A stretch of 64,000 nucleotides of DNA from the human T2T-CHM13v2.0 reference genome, Homo sapiens, in NCBI RefSeq assembly GCF_009914755.1, contig NC_060941.1; one strand, 5' to 3'. The notes below the pieces were generated by a model that saw nothing but the letters and a program-made list of their open reading frames with translations, was not told the origin of the DNA and searched no databases. Shown here one piece after another: positions 52,930 through 64,000 of the stretch. Every line of letters starts with the position of its first letter. Positions within the stretch are counted from its first letter, which is position 1. A program made the translations under genes and the position numbers.

Positions 52930-54180
52930 AGTCAGGGGGGCGGGCCCAACCTCTCCATATTTACATATGTATGAGGTCGCCTGGGCCAGTGGCGAGGAGG
53001 CGGAGCTTCTGGGGGTGGGAAGGGGGCGGGCACCCCCAGAGCCGCAGAGTATAAAGACCGCGCTCGGCGACCGCGGGCCCCGCACTGCTGAGGAGCGGAG
53101 CCTCCGCCTGGGGGGCCCCCCATCCCTGGCTGTCCCCCAGCTGCGCGTCCCCGCCCCACCCCCGCGGCTGAGCCACCACCGGTGCAGTGGTCTCCGCTTG
53201 GCGGAGCGAGCCTTGAGCTTCGTTCCACAGCTTCTTTGCATCTTGGATTTCGGGGCGGCCCCCTCCCCCACCTCTCTCTGCCTTTTTGTACCCCGCTTTT
53301 TTTCTGCGTTCTGCTCGGTTTTTGTAGCCGTCTGTTTTTGCACCCCATTTCGTTTTGTTTCTAGACGGTTTGGCGGGGGGTGAAGCTGCATTCATACCCC
53401 TTCCTCTTGTTATTCTCCCCTGCTCTGACAGCACCCCTTTTCATCGCAGTTGGGGGGCCTAGGATCGGTGCATCTTCCGCCGCGCTGCCAGCACCCCGCA
53501 GCGCGTGGTCGTGCACCCCGGAATCTGCAGCAGCTGCATATCTGAGGGGGGTCTCCTTTGCCCGCGCCGCCTTCGCTCCCCGTGCTTTTGGGTGTGTGGA
53601 GGGCTTCAGTGCGCGGCGCCCCCGCTTCTCCGCAACCCCCCGCCCCGCGCCCGGACTCGCCCCGCGCCACCAAGATGGTCATCCAGAAAGAGAAGAAGAG
53701 CTGCGGGCAGGTGGTTGAGGAGTGGAAGGAGTTCGTGTGGAACCCGAGGACGCACCAGTTTATGGGCCGCACCGGGACCAGCTGGGGTACGCAGGGCCGG
53801 CACGCAAGGGGCGGGGGAAAGCCGCGGGGCGACGCCTCGGGGGCGCAGGGTCCCGCCGACGCGGCCCCAGCTCCCCTCCCGGGTCCCCGGCGTCCAGCCT
53901 CCCTGCCGGGCTCTGGGCTGGGAGGGGGCCGAATCGCCAGTCTAATCTCCCCGGCTGGCCGTGCGGAGGCGGAGAAAGTAGGTCACAGCCGCCTTCCCGC
54001 CCCCCGCGGAGCCCCCTCGGGCGGGGGGTCGCCAGCTCCGCCTGCGTGTCCGCGCCGCGGCGCTCACACTCCCTCTCGGGGCCTGTCCGCTCCACACGGG
54101 CGTCCCCCACCTCCAAAGAGCGCCCCTTCCCTCCCTCCGGCTCTCACTAGCTCCGCAGCCCCGTCTATTTTTAGCTCGTG
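52930..54180 (+). promoter_or_regulatory. ATP1B2: ATP1B2 CpG-island promoter with GC boxes and TATA box; long 5'UTR
   Basis: GGGGCGGG boxes ~52937 and ~53023; TATAAA 53050-53055. Confidence 0.88.
53675..53786 (+). CDS. ATP1B2: ATP1B2 exon 1 coding part
   Basis: AAGATGG start; ...RTGTSW G|gtacgc. Confidence 0.97.
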
Positions 54181-57100
54181 CCCACCCCCTGGACCCTGGG
54201 AACGTTCATGAGGGGGCGGGTCTTGGGGGGTGTGTTAGGGGGGTTCTTCACGGCGGAAGTTGTCTGTATCCCACCGCCTGGCCTTGGGAGCCTTCTGGGA
54301 CTGCTTTGTGGGTTGGGGGGCTGCTGATAGTATGAGTTTTACCGAGGCTGCAGGTTTTGCTCCCATGTCGGTGACGGAGGGAGGAGTGGTCGCTGTGGTG
54401 ATTTGTGTGCATCAGCCAGCCAGGTGTCTGTGACAGTCGGATGACTTGGAAGCCTCCCCAGGCTGACCATGGCAGGACTCAGGGAGCTGTAGTGGTCGGG
54501 GGTTGGGGGGGTGGAGGGGGTCTGGTGACCGGCACAGGTGCAGGTGAGGGGTGGAATTCTTCCAAGAGGGATGGTCAAGCTGGGACGTTGAGACACAGGG
54601 GACAGAGGACACTGTGTGACACGATTTACAATCTTTCCACACTGGGCACCGTCCCCATCAGTCCACCCATTCGGGGCCTACACGAAGTGGGTCCCATGCA
54701 ATCCATTCCCTCAGGGAACTCAAACTCCAGCCCCTGGGATGAGAAGAATCCAGCAATGCTTGGGAGAGCCAGAGGACTTCATGGAAGAAGTGTCCTCTGA
54801 GATGGAAGGATTGGGAGTCCAGGGTGGTGGGAACAGCCGGCCCTTGGGTCCTTACTTCAGGCGGGGGAGCCATGGAGAGATCCCACCAAGGGAAGGCTGT
54901 GGGAGATTCTGCCTTTCCTCCCTGCCTCTGCCCAGGGTGCTGGGTGTGAACTGAGGGTGGGGTGACTGTTGAAGGTTCTAACAAGCCGTCTCTGAGAGAT
55001 TTGTAGCTAGGCTAGTGTTAGGTCTTTCATTTCAGGAACTGTGTTCAAAGTTTGGCTTCTGAAGGGCACCAGGAGAGAGATGTTGCTATTCAAATCTGAG
55101 GGTCCAGTCTCTGCGGGGTGGTATGAGGGTTTGCTTGTGAATGGTGGCCAGTACCCGCTTTAAAAGGCACCATGCTAGCACAGCTTTAAGCATGAGTACG
55201 AATGCAGAGGTAACAGATGTGTGCCTTGTCAGGACTATGCATGGTTGAGAAGTTGGAAATGTAATTGGAGGCAAAATAACAGACCTCCACAAGGTCGGGC
55301 TTCACTGTGCCCTAGGACCAGGAGGGGGCTGGGAGTCATGGCTAGAAGCCAGACACAACTGCCTGTTTCCAGTTTGTCTCATTTTGCCTCCAGAGGAAGG
55401 CTCTAAGACATCCCTGTGGCTCTGTGATCAGTCCCAGTGCAGAACTTCAGAGTGGGTAGAGGGGTGTGTGGGGATAGTTGAGGTTATGGTGGGAACCTTG
55501 GGCCCTGCTGACCCTGTTTCCTCCTCCCTAGCCTTTATCCTCCTCTTCTACCTCGTTTTTTATGGGTTCCTCACCGCCATGTTCACCCTCACCATGTGGG
55601 TGATGCTGCAGACTGTCTCCGACCATACCCCCAAGTACCAGGACCGACTGGCCACACCGGGTGAGTGTGGAGGCTCCCCCTGCCAGCTACTCTAACTGCT
55701 CTTGTGCCCCCAAACCTCCAGAAGGAACTCATAGTTCCTTCCAGGAGTTTGATTTTGATGACCCAATCCCCACGTGCTTGGAAGTTCTTGAAATCTGTCC
55801 ACCTTCCCATTTACTGCAGTTGGGAGCTGTGTGATTTGGGCATGTGGCAGATAGCCACAGGAGATCACCCTCCCATGAAGACGATCTCAGATATTCACCG
55901 CTGTCCCCACTCTGGTGTTCCCTGTGTCCATTTTCTTCCCTCTGTGTGCAGTCCCTCATCTTATAGATACCCCCAACTTCTGCCTTTGTTGGCTGTAGGC
56001 TTGATGATTCGCCCCAAGACTGAGAACCTTGATGTCATTGTCAATGTCAGTGACACTGAAAGCTGGGACCAGCATGTTCAGAAGCTCAACAAGTTCTTGG
56101 AGCGTGAGTGTGGGCCTGGTTATGTGTCAGTTCAAGACTTCGGGCAGGGGACTGGGGACCTTGGAAGTGGAACATCTGGCCCCTGAGTCTCTCCCTCCCA
56201 CCTCTTTAGCTTACAACGACTCTATCCAAGCCCAAAAGAATGATGTCTGCCGCCCTGGGCGCTATTACGAACAGCCAGATAATGGAGTCCTCAACTACCC
56301 CAAACGTGCCTGCCAATTCAACCGGACCCAGCTGGGCAACTGCTCCGGCATTGGGGACTCCACCCACTATGGTTACAGCACTGGGCAGCCCTGTGTCTTC
56401 ATCAAGATGAACCGGGTATCTATGACCTTGGTCCCCAGGGTGAATGGAGGAAGGATCTGGGGACACCACCTGCAGACAATTGCATCCTTTCACTGGGGCT
56501 AATGGGCATGAGAAAGACTTGGATGTTTGTGTAGCTGAGAGAAAAAGAGAGGTGGGACTCTTGGAGGCTAAGCTCTGCAGTTAGAAGGCTGGATGCCTTT
56601 TGTTTTTTTTTTAGACAGGGTCTTGCTATGTTGCCCAGGCTGGCCTTGAACTCCTGGAATTAAGCTATCCTCCTGCCTCAACCTCCCTAGTAGTTGGGAC
56701 TACAGTCCCCGGCTTAGCTTGGTCTGGATGCCCATCTTCGACAACTTCTTCCTCTGACTCTCTTCACCTTCCACCCTCACTCCAGGTCATCAACTTCTAT
56801 GCAGGAGCAAACCAGAGCATGAATGTTACCTGTGCTGGGAAGGTGAGTTCGTTGGGCCTTGTCTGCCTGCTCACCTGAGTGGCTCACCTGAGTGTCCTTC
56901 ATGGTTTCTGTGTAATTCACCTGTCTCTCCCTATCTTCTTTGCTCCTAGAGGCCCCATCACCATAGAAACAAGGGGGTAAGAGTGGGCTTTTGGGCTCCA
57001 CTGTAGCTTGAACTCCGAGGGCCCCGCACTCCTCTTGCTTCTCTCTGGGATGCAGAGGCCTGCTCTCCTAGGGGCCAGACACACGCCCTCCTCCACCAAC

Positions 57101-58053
57101 GCCCTGGCCTCTGGCTTCTCTCCCTAACGCTTCCACCTTCTCCTTCATTCCCAGATTGTCCGTATCGTTCGCTCTCCCTCCCATATGGCCCCCACCCGTC
57201 AGTTCCTTCTAGGTGTCTGGTAGCTGCTGATCTGTTAGCACCATCTGCCACCAGTTCGTTGTCCTTGGGACCCTGTTCCCCGCTTCCCCCCCGGTCTGTC
57301 CTTTCTAGAAACTGGCTGCTCCCTCCACATCCCCTTCCTTGCTTCCTATTCAACCCTTAATCATGTATCTCTTCTTTCTTGGCTCTGCTCCAGAAACTGA
57401 TTCCTGAGGATGGGGTAAGAACTTGGGGTAGGAGTGGAGTAGGAGGCTTTCGTGCCATTAGCAGCCTTCAGGAGTTCCTAGAATGATGACAGGGACAGAC
57501 CATCCCCTCATCTACACACGCACATGCAGACACACACACACAGACTCACAGCTCCAGGGAGGCAGACTTGAGACAGGAATAATTGGGGCGAAGGAAGAAC
57601 AAAAGAACAAATGGAAGTCTGGTGAGCTCCTGGGTGCCTGCCATCCCTAACTGGCTCACCCCCTATCTTCCTGCACCCCCACAGCGAGATGAAGATGCTG
57701 AGAATCTCGGCAACTTCGTCATGTTCCCCGCCAACGGCAACATCGACCTCATGTACTTCCCCTACTATGGCAAAAAGTTCCACGTAAGTCCCAGGGGAGG
57801 CCCAGGCTGATGGCGGGTGCGGGTGGTGAGCTAGGGAAGGAGGCCGCGTTGCCCCAGGCCTAGACCCTGCACTGCTCCTCCGGCCCAGGTGAACTACACA
57901 CAGCCCCTGGTGGCTGTGAAGTTCCTGAATGTGACCCCCAACGTGGAGGTGAATGTAGAATGTCGCATCAACGCCGCCAACATCGCCACAGACGATGAGC
58001 GAGACAAGTTCGCCGGCCGCGTGGCCTTCAAACTCCGCATCAACAAAACCTGA
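53675..58053 (+). CDS. ATP1B2: ATP1B2 Na+/K+-ATPase beta-2 subunit (AMOG), 290 aa. join(53675-53786, 55532-55660, 55999-56103, 56210-56415, 56786-56842, 57685-57783, 57889-58053)
   Basis: 873-nt spliced [58 protein letters not shown]...YFPYYGKK...[13 protein letters not shown]; type II TM helix, YFPYYG motif. Confidence 0.99.
55532..55660 (+). CDS. ATP1B2: ATP1B2 exon 2 (TM helix)
   Basis: [42 protein letters not shown]; 129 nt. Confidence 0.97.
55999..56103 (+). CDS. ATP1B2: ATP1B2 exon 3
   Basis: [34 protein letters not shown]; 105 nt. Confidence 0.97.
56210..56415 (+). CDS. ATP1B2: ATP1B2 exon 4
   Basis: [16 protein letters not shown]...[11 protein letters not shown]; 206 nt. Confidence 0.97.
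56786..56842 (+). CDS. ATP1B2: ATP1B2 exon 5
   Basis: [19 protein letters not shown]; 57 nt. Confidence 0.97.
56950..56976 (+). CDS. ATP1B2: Candidate ATP1B2 alternative microexon A (27 nt, RPHHHRNKG)
   Basis: CTATCTTCTTTGCTCCTAG|AGG...GGG|GTAAGA; phase 0-0, no stop. Confidence 0.7.
57394..57414 (+). CDS. ATP1B2: Candidate ATP1B2 alternative microexon B (21 nt, KLIPEDG)
   Basis: CTTCTTTCTTGGCTCTGCTCCAG|AAA...GGG|GTAAGA; phase 0-0, no stop. Confidence 0.7.
57685..57783 (+). CDS. ATP1B2: ATP1B2 exon 6
   Basis: [33 protein letters not shown]; 99 nt. Confidence 0.97.
57889..58053 (+). CDS. ATP1B2: ATP1B2 exon 7 (to stop)
   Basis: [32 protein letters not shown]...RINKT TGA. Confidence 0.97.
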   Translation: MNYTQPLVAVKFLNVTPNVEVNVECRINAANIATDDERDKFAGRVAFKLRINKT

Positions 58054-58812
58054 GGCCCCTTCCTCCCACCCCATCTCTCTCCTGTGGATGCTCCTGGAAT
58101 GTCCCTGACCCTGCCTGATCCCTCCCTCACCCACCCCAAAGGTATTTTTGATAACAGAGCTATGACTTGTCTGAGCCTCACATCCTTTTCCTTGACTTCT
58201 CAACCCAGCCTGAAGTCCATTGCGGTTCCGTCACTCGCCTTTCCCACCAACTTCTCCCAACCTCAGATCAGTCAGACAGGGAGCTGGGCTAAGATGGCCA
58301 CAGAGGAGTTAGGAGCCTTTCTAGTTCTGGTTTAGCTGTGAGAGCTATCCACTCTCCTGCCTGCATATCCCCTGAGAGTTATAGGAAGTGCCCACTGACC
58401 CACCCACCCACCTACACCCCCCGCCACACACACACACAAACGTGCACACGCGTCTCATTTGACCCCTTTGCTTCCAGAGATGAATGTGGCACTCCCTCCT
58501 TCCATTCCTAAGCTCTAGCCACCGTCCCTTGATCTCTCATACTTTCTCCCTGTCTACACAGTCGCCATCTTGGTGACTTTGAATTTATCTGGCTCCTGGG
58601 CAGGTCTTCTCCTCCTCTCCATCCCTATTCCCTCCTCTGAAATGCACCCCTTTGTAATTGAGGACAAGGTGGTTCTGTGGCCTTTTCCCTCTTTGCTGGC
58701 ACGTTCTGCTTCTCACCCTCTGGTGACTCTGTGAGCTGGGAAATGAGGGACTGGAAGTGAGGCCTGTGTTGACCCTTCCTGAAAATCCTCTAGCAGCCCC
58801 CGACTTCAGCAG

Positions 58813-59138
<326 letters not shown>

Positions 59139-59882
59139 TTCAGTTTCTTCCTAGGCCGTTCTGTCACCCAAATAGCTGCTACCCAGAGGGGCGGGGTTGA
59201 CCTAGGCTGAATATCCACTTTGTTTTTATGGATGGCTCCCTTCCCCCATTCGCCTTCCCAGAATATCCTTCAAGTTCCACTTCCCAGGGAGCTCTGGGGG
59301 AGGGGCGGCCATTCTGGCTCCGTCCCCAGTGGCCACCTTGGAAACATCGGCTGGCTTTGGGACTATTCCACCTCCTTCCCCTGAGCCCAGATCTGCCCCC
59401 ACCATCCTTTCTCTGGCTTCTTTTAGCAAGTTATCAACTAATCACTAACTCCTTCCTTTTCCTCTGCATGCCAGCCTGAAAATTCCAAATCTAGCCTCTG
59501 AATGTCTTGGCTCCATCTCTTCAGACCCCTTTGCCTTTAAAAAAAAAACAAAAACAAAAACAAAAAAACCCATAATGCCCATAGAATGTCAAATGAGGGG
59601 CCTCCTGCCTCCTGCTCTGAATATTCTGTAGCTGTAGAGGCATTTTAACCCTTTGTCCTCCAGCATCCCTTCACGTCCTCATCCTCTCTAACCTCCTTTT
59701 TCTTTTTTTAATGCTGCAGCCTCCACACTCCACCCACAGGTGGACCCTTCCCTTTTTCTCTAGCTGGATCTGTGTTTCTTCCCTTCGGGCCCCCATGTTT
59801 TCCTGCACCCGCCCTACCATGGTCTCTCTCTGCAGTTATTTAATGCCTGTGTCAGATCTACTGTAAAAAGAGGATTAAGTAA

Positions 59883-59888
59883 AATAAA
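59883..59888 (+). terminator. ATP1B2: ATP1B2 polyadenylation signal AATAAA
   Basis: AATAAA followed ~45 nt later by GU-rich TGTGTGTGGGTTGTT. Confidence 0.75.
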
Positions 59889-60169
59889 ATGAGAGCAATT
59901 ATATATATAAATATATATCATACACAGAGCCCTGTGTGTGGGTTGTTCCTTTCTGAGCAGTTGGAAGAGCCCAGGGAAGGAGTGGAGGGTGGATCTGGGT
60001 GGTCCCAAGGGGATCCCCCAGGCCTTGGAGGCCGCTCCCCAGCTTTGATCTCTTCCTTCCAGTGTCCAAGCATCTACCCCCTTCGCCTTGACTAATTTAG
60101 TGCGCACTATCTTGGGATAACTCCATACAAGAGAGACAGGAAGCCTACGTCCCTTTTGTACAGTGATGC

Positions 60170-64000
<3,831 letters not shown>

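Noticed and set aside
53485-53506. REST/RE1-like CAGCACC...CAGCGC in the ATP1B2 5'UTR
   Set aside because: Lacks the GGAC core and correct spacing
52805-54211. Long ORFs on both strands at the ATP1B2 promoter, including a 39-codon TTG-started extension in frame with the ATG
   Set aside because: Expected in a CpG island; near-cognate starts are in weak context and an in-frame TGA lies at 53543
57508-58203. 231-aa minus-strand ORF
   Set aside because: Antisense shadow of ATP1B2 exons 6-7; no independent gene signals

Overview
Primate genomic DNA, almost certainly human 17p13.1, with very high Alu density. It contains four protein-coding genes whose exons I reconstructed from GT-AG boundaries and reading frame. 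FXR2 exons 1-7 are on the minus strand (3660-16753) and the gene runs off the left edge. SAT2 is complete (minus, 28648-29836, 170 aa), as are SHBG (plus, 32364-35543, 402 aa) and ATP1B2 (plus, 53675-58053, 290 aa). Also present are three CpG-island promoters, candidate upstream SHBG first exons antisense to FXR2/SAT2, a solo LTR12 (ERV9), an Alu-interrupted MER45 hAT transposon with intact TIRs/TSD, snoU13 and tRNA-Ile pseudogenes, and L1/L2/MIR relics. Almost all ORFs in the supplied track are Alu or GC-rich artefacts. The most interesting observations are: (1) two in-frame microexons (27 and 21 nt) in ATP1B2 intron 5 with neural/photoreceptor-type splicing signals; (2) a 40-bp 85%-identical copy of the SHBG hepatic promoter module in the SAT2/alternative SHBG promoter; (3) a GUG-initiated 73-aa N-terminal extension of FXR2; (4) a permuted local duplicate of a mutated Alu in FXR2 intron 1; (5) a transposon-derived upstream first exon for ATP1B2. 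Several of these probably overlap published work, and I cannot establish novelty without database access.
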